Below are positions 1 to 11,143 of a DNA stretch of 64,000 bases, piece after piece. The position numbers were made by a program, and so were the translations under genes. Within the stretch, counting starts at the first letter, position 1, and each line of letters begins with the position of its first letter. The stretch is from Octopus sinensis. Lineage: Eukaryota. Under the pieces are notes generated by a model. It saw nothing but the letters and a program-made list of their open reading frames with translations, searched no databases and was not told the DNA's origin. The stretch lies in contig NC_043010.1 in the NCBI RefSeq assembly GCF_006345805.1, forward strand, positions 30,628,001 through 30,692,000. Direction: 5' to 3'.

Positions 1-107
1 ACATATAGGTACATGCCTACATATATATATATATTATATAGGCATATATACATACATATATGTACATGCCTACATATATTATATATATATATATATATAT
101 GCATATA

Positions 108-350
108 TGGGTACAGGACATAAAAAAGTTGAACACAACATGAGAAACGAAAACATAAAAACAAAAACATAGAACGAACCTTTTTGGAACAACGAAAAAA
201 ACAAACAGAGAAACGAGACATGCAACATAAAGAATATTCCCCTTCTTCAGTTGTCCTGTTCATCTACACCGCGCACGAAGGCAAGGACAATACGCGACTT
301 CGTTGAAACAATCCTTCCTGCAAAGCAAATTAAATAAAATTTGGGATTTG
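108..350 (+). repeat. Unclassified dispersed repeat; second copy at ~53713-53970
   Basis: GGGTACAGGACATAAAA...GAGAAACGAAAACATAAAAACAAAAACATAGA...GCGACTTCGTTGAAACAATCC...AAATTTGGGATTT occurs at both loci. Confidence 0.8.
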
Positions 351-458
351 GTGGGGGGGATTTTTTTATATATATATTTTTTATATATATGTATATATAT
401 ATATATGTATATATATATGTATATATTATATACATACATACATACATACATACATACA

Positions 459-493
<35 letters not shown>

Positions 494-739
494 GTATGTA
501 TGTATGCATGTAAATATCTATATACATGTATAAAGATGTTTGTGTGTGTGTATTAATTTTTTGCAACAATGTATAGGCTGTTGAAGGCCGTCCCTAAAAT
601 ATAGGACTGGATTTCTTCATATTTTAGCTCTAACTAAGGGTTCCGCGTTCTATGGAAAAAGGAATTTTGACAATATTGCTCTCTAATGATTGTCTAAATC
701 CATCATTTTGATATTTGTTTCCATTTTTTATCTTTTTAG

Positions 740-1210
740 GTTACGGACATGTTTCTCCGTCTACCGACTGGGGTCGCATCGCCACAATGATTTATGGAGC
801 AATTGGTGTTCCGTTGGCATTGATTGTTTTAGCTGATATGGGTCGTCACTTCACCGTCCTTTTAAAAGTACTCTGGGTCCTTGCCCGTAAATCCTGCGAC
901 GTAGGAGCCTGTATTTGTCGCGTTTCAGCATCAGCGGCCGCCACTGCCGGAGGTGCAGTGGTGAGTGCAGGCCGTCGCAAGATTTCACGGGATAGGAAGC
1001 CGCCTTACAAAATAACGGACCGCTTCGAAAACGAAGATGGAAGTGCGCCTATAGCTCAATGGGAAGATTCACGCACGCCAGTATCGGAAAACACTGAGGA
1101 AGACGAGTTTGATGACCAAGACGGTGGAATGTTTGGGAGTGGTTTCCTGAGAATAAGTGGAAAGACACCGACTCTGGCAGACATAGATGACCAGTTCAAC
1201 CTTCCAATGG
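740..1210 (+). CDS. K2P (KCNK/TWK family) potassium channel, internal exon: end of P1, M2 and long M2-M3 cytoplasmic loop
   Basis: The acceptor tttttAG ends at 739 and the phase-1 exon reads (G)YGHVSPSTDWGRIATMIYGAIGVPLALIVLADMG, the P1 GYG filter plus M2 signature of K2P channels. Donor G|GTGAGT is at 1211 (phase 1). The exons encoding M1 and the start of P1 lie upstream of the window. Confidence 0.93.
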
Positions 1211-2399
1211 GTGAGTATATTACGTATGTGTGCTTTTGTGTATGCGTGTATAAGTATTTGTGTGTGTGTGAGTGTAAGTGTTTGTGTATGCATGTTTGTG
1301 AAAAAGAGGGAGAGAAGAAAAGTGGTATTGGAGACTGTTGTAAACTATTTGCTAGCTTGATTGGCCCCCAAATCACCTCTGACCAAGTAACCTCTGATCA
1401 AAAAGCATTTTAGCCTCTCTCTTTTTTTTTTTTTTTTTGAGACATAGCATATGTAGGACCACATTATCCAATATATTCTTCCTCTTTTTTATTTATAAAA
1501 AAGGGTAGAGTGTAATTTGAGAGAGATTTAGTTGCTCCGTCTAGCACATCGAAAGACCACACAGAAGCTCCCTCTGTGACTAAAGTTGTAGACGAGTCTG
1601 TTATGTTATACTGTATGCAACAAAAAACCTTCACAGTTTCCAATTTCTTATAAACGTTTTGACAATAAACGCACGATATGCACCAATCTGATCCACGATG
1701 GCAACTAAAAACAAAAGCGATTAAGCATTAGCTACATAGAGACAATATTACCACCTGCCTAACTTTTCTCCACTCCAATAGCCGTGTAAAACATGAGAGA
1801 TTTTTCTGCCTTACCTTGAATCTAATTCATAATTCATAACATCGTCAAACATTTTCTCTGGATTTCTAGTAAGTACCCCAGTCACTGAAAATTAGAAACA
1901 CTTTTTTTTCTGACGAAACGTTTGTCCTCTTTCAGTGTTAGAGTCCACTTGTTTTTGTATTGATGTGACCAAAATGTTACACCAATCGACATTGGAGAGC
2001 TGTCAATCTATAATTCTCGAAGTCACTTTCCTGATGTCTTATTGCCTTGCAGAGAACGGAATACTTAAGGTATTCTTCTGATAATGGTGATAAAGTACCT
2101 TTCTACTAGTATTACGTCTCGGTGATGTAACAATGAAGCGCTTTTATGCAGAAAAGCCGTATTTGAAGGTGTATAAGATGCATCTTTTTTTTCAAAAACA
2201 AAAAAGGTCGAAAAAGGCACCTCGAGTCCTACATGCGAAGTTGGGACTTCCAAAAGCTTTAAAATATTACAATCTTTCCTCTGAATATGTGCTACTGAAA
2301 TTCAAGGTTTCTACTGGAATACAATCCAGTCCAGACGACAGAGGTTTTTTTGTTTTTTTTTTTTCATTTCATGGCAGCGCTAACTTTAGCAAAAGTGGC

Positions 2400-3150
2400 G
2401 GCCTATTGATTTGGTGGATGATGAGTACTTCGCAAAACTCCTCTGGATTCACTTATTCAGGCTGGTCTAGGGGCTTATTGAAGTACTTTTCTCAACCCTC
2501 CACGACTGACAGATATCACGGTACAAATCCTGCTGTGATACAGAGTCTTCAATGTATCATAGAAACTGTTTATGTCATATTTGACTCAGTGCATCATGAT
2601 TTCTTGAGCTTTTACCATCCACCATTTTTTTATAATTCAGTGTACAATGGGTGAGTTGAGCCTTCTCCGAAGAATTTGCACTGATTGTATAGAATATGTG
2701 ATGAGAGATTACTCAGAGTGGCTCTGTGGACTTTGTACATGTCATTGAGAAGCCTATGGGTTTTGCTAGAGTTCTCGTTGAATCACTTTTGATTTTTTTT
2801 TCGTCTTGAGGCCAATGGTTTCTGCAGCAGCATCAAGGAATCAGGAATTTGAGAAGGTCCATTAGTCAACCATATGATGCCTCTAAAACTTTTAGTTTGA
2901 CAACCAGAGTGTCAGATGTCAAGACGTTTGGGCATCTTTTACGTCGTAAAGTGCACATTTGCATCTAACTTTTGTTATATCATTCGATGGTCTATCCAAC
3001 ATTCAATTCTCCTCGTTGCATTAATGGGTAAAACATTTCTTGAGGTTTACCCAACTGACCATGATAGACAATAAGAAACCAGTATGCAATCATGAGGTCT
3101 TGCGCTTGTTCTTTTACTAGGAGATTGTGCATGTAATAGTTTTATTGTGT
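2400..3150 (-). mobile_element. Highly decayed RTE (BovB-like) LINE fragment (end of endonuclease domain and linker)
   Basis: Minus-strand remnants include CWIDHRMI, AAETIGLKT, WMVKAQEI and FYDTLKTLY, interrupted by many frameshifts. Confidence 0.55.
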
Positions 3151-3990
3151 TCCAGGCAGAGAAAAAGAAGTCTTATGCCTTTGCTGTTTTTTTTTTCTCT
3201 ATCACAATAGCTAGTACAAACATAGAAGATAGCATTCAACATGACATCAGCCTTGTTGTTAAAAATAAACTCCTGTCTTAACTCAGACACCAATTAACAT
3301 TAATGAGCGGTTGGATGTCTCAAGACGGCAAATTGACTGTATCATTAGAGGGATGGACAAAAGGTTTTGCGTTATTCGTTTCGTTTCTTTACACTCTGAG
3401 TTTAAAACCCACCGCGATCATTCTATTGGCGTTTTATGTCTTCTTTTAAATGTTTTCTTCGGTTTTTAATTTTTAATTATTTCTTTACTGAAACATTTTC
3501 TTTCTATGTCTTGTTTCATTTATTCGCAAGTTCATTGCTGGTTTTTATTCCGGCTCATTACACACTGAATTTAAATTCCGCCCAGGTCAATTGCGCTTTA
3601 CAATCTTCCCAGGATCTATAAAATAAACTACCAGCTTAATGTGAGGGATTATTGGATTTGTTAGAATAATTGGAGAAAATCTTTTGTTGTATTTGCTCTG
3701 ATTCATTACGTTCTGGGTATCCCAGCAGATGTTGCAAACTTGTTTGTGCCTTGCCGACAGAATGGTATCATATAAATGTCAACAATACCAGAAGAAAAGC
3801 AATGGGAAATCACGATCTTTGTATCCTTGCATCAAAGTTACCAGACCGTCCGTGTGCTGGCTCAAAGAAGGATCAATGTCTCTTCGAAATTCCGCTTCTT
3901 ACAGCAAGAGTGTCTACACACCAACTCTGCGATCCGATACCCTGCACAAAGACTGTTCCTAGCAGACATTCAATCAGGAGTTGATCATAT

Positions 3991-4221
3991 TTATTTCTTT
4001 ACTATCCACAAGGAACTAAACATAGGGGGGACAAACAAGGACAGACAAAGGGATTAAGTCGATTACCTCGACCCCAGTACGTAACTGGTACTTATTTAAT
4101 CGACCACAAAAGGATGAAAGGCAAAGTCGACATCGGCGGAATTTGAACTCAGAACGCAACGACAGACGAAATACCGCTAAGCATTTCGCCCAGCGTGCTA
4201 ACGATTCTGCCAGCTCGCCGC
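3991..4221 (-). mobile_element. tRNA-derived SINE, family 1 (monomer)
   Basis: The minus strand reads GGCGGCGAGCTGGCAGAATCGTTAGC...GAGTTCAAATTCC (B box)...CTTTGCCTTTCATCC...tail. The same sequence occurs at many loci in the window. Confidence 0.85.
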
Positions 4222-4732
4222 CCAAATTGGCCATACACACACACAGACTCCAATATACGCTGGCAAGCATGCATTCACGCACGCGCGCATGCACACACAT
4301 GCATGCACGCACACATGCTTACACACACACATGCATACACACATACACACATGCACACATACACACATTCACACGTGCAAATACACATAGGCCTTATCTT
4401 TTATGTATATAGGTTCTGACGCGTCGACACACAAACACTAATATTTTGAATCACGAAATATTAATGATCAGTTCTTGGTACTGTATTTTAATATGTGGCG
4501 AGTTGCATGATGGGTCGGGGCTTGGAGTAGGGTGATATATTTTTGATATCACTGTCCCATTGAGAGAATTCGATAAATGAGAGGAGAGACTGTTACTGTT
4601 GTAAAAACTAGATAAAAGCGAAATATAATCAATCTAAAAGGACGCCTTGATAGCAGGCTATCACAACAAGCTACTTAATCTCCAATTAATAATAGCACGT
4701 CTCTTTGTCTCAAATATACGCGTGCACACACA

Positions 4733-4786
<54 letters not shown>

Positions 4787-5218
4787 CTAGATAGACACAC
4801 GTAGAAATATACACGCTTAAACGCTCTTGCACACGCATAAAATTTCTGATAGTAAGAATTAAATACATAAATTTATGGCCTTTTTTTTTCTGAAATCAAC
4901 ATTGAATGAAAAGGCGGAATGTATATAGTTGTTTCAGAGTGTTTGTGTGTGTAATCTATGTATGTGATGTTATCTTTATATATATATATCGGGAAGTAAA
5001 TGTGGCTAACCCTTAGGGGTTGATGCTACTGTATCTTGTAGCCCCAGGAAGACATCTCCCCCAGCTAGCTATATGTTTTTTTTGCAAGATTCTTCATGTG
5101 AAATTGTGTGTTGAAACATACACTGTTATAGTTGGGGATGGTCATATTTTTGCCAATTAATCACACGCACTATTAGAACCAGTGGTTAATTGACAAAAAA
5201 TGTCTTTCTCCAAATAAG

Positions 5219-5305
<87 letters not shown>

Positions 5306-6162
5306 CAAGTATTATATCACCCAAAAATTATTGTCTGGAGATAAAATGAGAGTTGGGGGAGGGGGACACGGTTTCTGGCTTAGTAGCCCTAACCTTATCT
5401 TCAGTAACCAAAGAACTTTATACAAAAACGAATGAAACACATTTATAACCAAGGTAATGTTGCATAATTTATACAAAGTACTAAAGCTGATAGAATCAAT
5501 TAAAATTGATGGGGGTCATCACTGTTTCGATGAAGGATACAAATATCTGTGAGATTTATAATAGATAAAATTCTTATCTTTCCCGTAAACAAAAGGCAAA
5601 TACTGTCGTTTCTGAGAACAGCAAAACATCAAGAGAGTTTGAATGTTATTGTTCTTGGTTGTAACAGCAATCAAAGTGTGGTTGGTTAGTGTTACTGTCA
5701 TTGTTCCTTATTGTTTAGTTGTTGTTAGCTTGGATCAACAGTTGTCCGGGTTTGTTCGCCGTCCGTCTGCCGTCTTGTCTCTGCCATTTCTCAATGCTCT
5801 CTGGTTAAGTAGCTAAGGTGCGCCAAATTCGTACTGATGTTTAGACTCAGAGACAAAGACGTTGCTGGAACAAGTTCTAGGCGAAGTTGTGATTGGTTAG
5901 ATTTCTTTATCACGTGGGTAATATTTTAGTGAATCGCGACATCGGGTGTGGTGATAGTGATCAGACTGCTGAATATACCCGCTACAAAACTATTGAAGCT
6001 GTTGCCCCAATATGGGCGTTAGCTCAATGAATGAAACAATTAAAACAGAGCAGACTATTTGATCCATCGCTAGTCCGAGTTTATCGCGTGAGTTTATCAT
6101 TATCGAATCCAACACATACACGTGAGAACTTGAAGTTTTGACGAAATTATTTCATTTAGGTC

Positions 6163-6209
<47 letters not shown>

Positions 6210-6273
6210 TACACACACACACACAACACACACACACACACACACACACACAACACACCATACACATATATAT

Positions 6274-6314
<41 letters not shown>

Positions 6315-6363
6315 GAAAGAATGGAGTCGAACGAAGATTTTAACAAATTCCTTTACTCTCAAC

Positions 6364-6433
6364 ACATGTTTCGAAGACTGCATACTCTCAATTCCGAAGG
6401 AATAAAGGGTGCATTATGCCGTCTTCTCATCAG
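6364..6433 (-). ncRNA. Hammerhead-ribozyme-like motif (minimal Penelope-type, probably inactive)
   Basis: The minus strand reads CUGAUGA-GAAGAC-(42-nt loop)-GUCUUC-GAA-ACAUGU. The core boxes are intact, stem II has 6 bp and stem III is a palindrome, but position 17 is G and stem I pairing is poor. Confidence 0.45.
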
Positions 6434-7147
6434 GAAAGACAAGGAACCTCTATCAGCCTCAAGACGAACAAAAACTTTTTGATGACTGCCTACATGGTGT
6501 CCACAGTGATAATGAGTGCTTTTTAAAAAATCCGTTATAAGCAATGACGTCAAAATTGGTTGGAAGGAGAAAGTTCTAAAAAAAGGGAAAGGGACAATAT
6601 TTATGCTGTATGTATGGGGATGTGCGGGTGTTTGCGTTTGTTAATGAGTTTGAATGTTTATGTGTGTGTATGAGTGTGTGTATATAACTGCATTTGTGTC
6701 TCTGTGTGTGTGTGTGTGTAATTGTGTGTGTGTGGGGGAGACAATTGTCAAATATATTTAGTAGTGAGGTGATAAATTTGTGTGTGTGTTGTTTGCTTGA
6801 TGATGAGAGAGAGAGAGAGAGGGAGAGAGAGAGAGGGGGGAAGAGGTAGAGAGAAAGAGATAAACATACTCCAACGATATCTAGTAGTGTTTTCTGACGT
6901 GAATTTGCTACCCAGGTATCGATTAACCGAATTATCCATAGTAGGATAATTCATTCACCTACTTAAATATATATATATATAATACAAAATGGGACAAGAA
7001 TGCAAAACATCCAGACAGTTAGGTGATACAAAAAAGGGACAACAAAACATCCAGATAGACGATACAAAGAAAACGAGGACGGGTCATTCGCAGTTTTCTT
7101 TCCTCAGTCGAGTTCCAGATTATCTTTGCGATTTCGGCTGGTTATAC

Positions 7148-7239
<92 letters not shown>

Positions 7240-7244
7240 ATATA

Positions 7245-7283
<39 letters not shown>

Positions 7284-7300
7284 CATATATAATATATATA

Positions 7301-7353
<53 letters not shown>

Positions 7354-7479
7354 AGTGATCACCGTGATCGACCAGGCTATCAGATGTTGCTACACATCAC
7401 TGGTCACAATGCGCTTCGCATTGTTTTAGCCTTCAAATGACGCCACTCCGCTGGCTAAGCGAGCAGGCCATATATATAT

Positions 7480-7510
<31 letters not shown>

Positions 7511-7562
7511 CATATATACACACCACACAACACACACACACCACACACACACACATATATAT

Positions 7563-7603
<41 letters not shown>

Positions 7604-8352
7604 TGCGAATCAACAAACTACAAAAGGCAGAGACAGGGAGGGAACAGCAAACAAAGTATATTAGTTTGACACTCGAATAAAAATGGAGGAGTCTTTGACA
7701 GAATGAGGAAAGAAAACGGAGAGAGAGAAAAGTGTCTGGATTAAGAGTCACATATACAAACACTTACACGTCTTTGTTTACGTATTTCTATATATTTGTA
7801 TAAAACCAGTTGTGTTTACATGAGTGTATATACACACACACACGTTTGTATGTATATATATATGTGTGTGTGTATTTTGGTTGGTAGGTATAAGAGATGT
7901 GTCAGTATGAGTGTGCGCGCGCGCGCAAGCGTAAATTTTCACGATTTATCGTATACGGCTCATTCATTTCCATATAAGAACGATATAATTCGATGTGAGG
8001 ACTGCAACACCAGTGGTGCATCTCCTCGCAATAGCTCTTTGAATGGCTAAACACGAAGAGTATATCTTTTCGTTTAGTCAGAGGAGGAACAGTGGCGCAG
8101 CTTGAATGTGTGCCGCCCAAGGCAGTTTTCAGTTTACCCCCACCCCCTCACCTCCGCCTCTGGGTCAATACAACCTATGTAGGTTTATACAGCAGACCTG
8201 AAAGTGTCGTCCCCATAAAAGCGTCATCCGGGCGAACCGACCATTTTTCACCCTCTCCTCTAACTACGCTACTGAGAAAGCCTCTAAGACTGGTGAGAGG
8301 TATGATGTGATCCTTACTGGGGTTCAAGCTGAATGTTTGTAACAGAGTGGAT

Positions 8353-9178
8353 TCAGTCAAATGGTGTTATTACACCAGAAGTAAAGCCCTTAATCCTATA
8401 GATCAGGCATCGGCAGCTACTTTTTATCAGGATCCAGTTTTGATTTTTGTTTAGGTTTATCGTTTTTGGGACCTGAAGCGCCACTATCTTGTCCTCAGTA
8501 CCAACAAAGACAGCATCTGCTATCCAGGCCACATCTATCTCTGGTGGAATTCTTTCCACCCTTACCCGAGACGCTCTCTGTCCCAGGTACATGGGTAGAA
8601 GTACTAACTCTTCGTTCCTTAGTGGTGTCGCCGAGTATTTTTTCGCCGTGTTTTCATTTTTGAACCTGACCTCAACTTCTCCAAATATTGACCCTCTGGC
8701 AAGATATGTTATTTCTTGCCAGATTGGCCTCAGCGCCTTCTCTAATTGTTCTATTGTCATATGGTCAATTTTTCCCTTCTTAATTGAGTAGGTTTTGTGT
8801 GTCCCCGTTCTTCCTTTCATTATTTTTGTTGTTTCTTGCGAGGAAGGTGGGGGTTACTTGCACATTGTAACCGTCCTGACTTAATAACTCCTTGTATTTT
8901 CCCATTTCGATCTCAACATTATCATCCGATTCTCGGGCGACGTCTGTGAACTTCTTATTTCTTCCTTCCAATTCCTTATCCATAACTTCGATAGTTCTTA
9001 ACAGTTCTTCTTCAGATGTTGACAGCTCCGACCCACTAAGGTCTAAGTAAAACATTTTTTTACTTGCCATACTCCCCTCAAAATGCCGAGGAACAGCACA
9101 ACCATACACACCGCTGCAATGCAGCACAGAACGAATCACAATACTTTTCAATAAACAACAGGAAACACGGACTTTCAA
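8353..9178 (-). mobile_element. Probable ORF1 (RRM-like) remnant of a non-LTR retrotransposon
   Basis: Two adjacent minus-strand ORFs in a GC-elevated intronic island: IEQLEKALRPIWQEITYLARGSIFGEVEVRFKNE...LPMYLGQRASRVRVERIPPEID. There are no splice signals and no RT nearby. The family assignment is tentative. Confidence 0.4.
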
Positions 9179-9410
9179 GGATGCTTGGCCTCGTGACTGA
9201 CACGAGCCGATTAGATTTTGGGATCGATCCGGAACCGGACAAGTATTCTGGGTTATTTTTCCATTTTTTCCCCTTAATTTTGAGAGTGGTCGGGTTCAGC
9301 TTTAGCTTTCTCATTTATGAGAGCAGTTTATTTCAGATATTCTCATTTTAAAAATCATCTCTGGCTAATCGTTGAGAGGACATTGGCGTTGCCTTGGCGG
9401 AGTGCTCTTG

Positions 9411-9428
9411 TTGTTATTATTATTATAA

Positions 9429-9521
<93 letters not shown>
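9411..9521. repeat. (ATT)n(GTT)n trinucleotide tract; other simple tracts include (TA)n at 5224-5302 and 7151-7350, (CTT)n at 18146-18190 and (CAT)n at ~22845-22910
   Basis: Read directly from the sequence. Confidence 0.95.
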
Positions 9522-9522
<1 letters not shown>

Positions 9523-10290
9523 AAGGCGGTGAGCTGGCACAAATGTTAGCACGCTACGTTCTGAGTTCAAATTCCGCCGAGGTCGACTTTGCCTTTCATC
9601 CTTTCGGGGTCGATTAATTAAGTGCCAGTTACGCACTGGAGTCGATATAATCGACTTAATCCGTTTGTCTGTCCTTGTTTGTCCTCTCTGTGTTTAGCCC
9701 CTTGTGGATAGTAAAGAAATAGGTATTTCGTCTGCCGCTACGTTCTGAGTTCAAATTTCGTCGAGGTTGACTTTGCCTTTCATCCTTACGGAATCGATAA
9801 ATTACGTACCAGTGAAACACTGGGGTCGATGTATTCGACTAGTCCCCCCCCCCCAACAATTTCAGGCCCTGTGCTTTTCGTAGAAAGGATTATTATTGTT
9901 ATTAGAGTATTAGCTGGCAGAATCGTTAGCATGTCTGGCAAAATGCTTACCGGCATTTCGTCCAACTCTTCGTTTAGAATTTTAATTCCATCGGGGTCGA
10001 CTTTGCCTTTCATCCTTTCGAGGTCGATAAAATAAGTACCAGTAAATCAATGGGATCAATGTGGTCAACTTATCCCCTACCCTTATACTGCTGACCTTGT
10101 GCGAAAATTTGAATCCATTGTTATAAAGGCGGTGAGCTGGCAGACTTGTTACCGTATCAGACGAAATACTTGCATTTCTTCTGGCTTTACGTTCTGGGTT
10201 CAAGTGCCACCGAGATCGACTATCCCTTACATGTTTTCGGGATCGATGAAATAAGTTCCAACTGAGCACTGGGGTCGATGTAATCGACAG
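9523..10290 (+). mobile_element. Cluster of family-1 SINEs: a dimer (9523-~9890) and two further copies (~9909-10115, 10126-10290)
   Basis: Repeated head AAGGCGGTGAGCTGGCA and body GTTCAAATTCCGCCGAGGTCGACTTTGCCTTTCATCCTTTCGGGGTCGAT. Confidence 0.85.
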
Positions 10291-10547
10291 GTTGTTGTTG
10301 TTATTGTTGCTGCTGTTATTGTCATTATTACTTATTGATGCTAACAGAATCAGTTGTTTATTCTCTTTTCTTTCTCTTTTCTTTTCCATATTCCGTCATC
10401 GATCTCCACCGCTGCTTTACGCTGTCATCCGACATTCCCTGCTATGGTTACTGATGCTGCTGCTGCTACTATTACTGCCACTGCTGCTACTGTTGTTCAT
10501 CCGCCACCACTGTCTTCCACTGCTGCCCATAATACTTCCAACACCAG

Positions 10548-11143
10548 GTATCGCTGCCATCATCCTAGTCGTCTACATTTTCTTAGGGACACTGATGTTC
10601 AAGTCTTGGGAAGAGTGGGGCTATCTGGAAGCCTTTTATTTCGTATTTATATCGCTCAGTACCATCGGCCTCGGAGACATCGTACCAGCCCATTCCAAGT
10701 TCTTTCTACTCTCCTCCATTTATATATTCTTCGGGCTGTCTTTGGTATCGATGTGCATCAACGTGGCCATTCAGTTCTTCTCACGTACAATTAAAAAGGC
10801 CAGGCGAACCATGAATGAGATCAGTGATCGAGCTCAGCGCACAGCTACAATGACCATCGGCAAAGCAAAAACGGCTGTTGTTAAAATAGCCGGTGACACA
10901 GATGGAACTGTGTCACATGACCATCAGAATGGGGTCGCCAGTGACCACAAAGGGGTTGCTAGTGATCCCAAAGTAGACACCAAAGATTCATCTGGTGAGA
11001 CAGGCAAAAGTGCCAAACCTCCATCGCAGGGATTCTTCCATCGAAAATCTTCAACTGAAAAAAGCCCAACCAAAACCACTGATCAGGACACTGTAGTGAC
11101 TGTTATTCAGCCAGATAGCTGTCCTGAAGGGTTCACGGGTTAA
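10548..11143 (+). CDS. K2P potassium channel, terminal coding exon: M3, P2 (TIGLG), M4 and C-terminal tail
   Basis: The acceptor CAG at 10545-10547 is phase 1 and joins the previous exon in frame (FNLPMG|IAAIILVVYIFLG). It continues with WEEWGYLEAFYFVFISLSTIGLGDIVP (P2) and the M4 helix. Stop TAA is at 11141-11143. The intron spans 1211-10547. Confidence 0.93.

Noticed and set aside
995-1020. PPYKIT as a calcineurin PxIxIT docking site, as in TRESK
   Set aside because: Pro at position 2 and Tyr at position 3 violate the consensus.
715-1413. The 232-aa ORF taken as a whole protein
   Set aside because: It includes intron sequence before the acceptor at 739 and after the donor at 1211; only 740-1210 is exonic.
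8089-8160. CAGTGGCGCAGC...GCCGCCC resembling a hAT-type terminal repeat
   Set aside because: No matching inverted partner or TSD was found.
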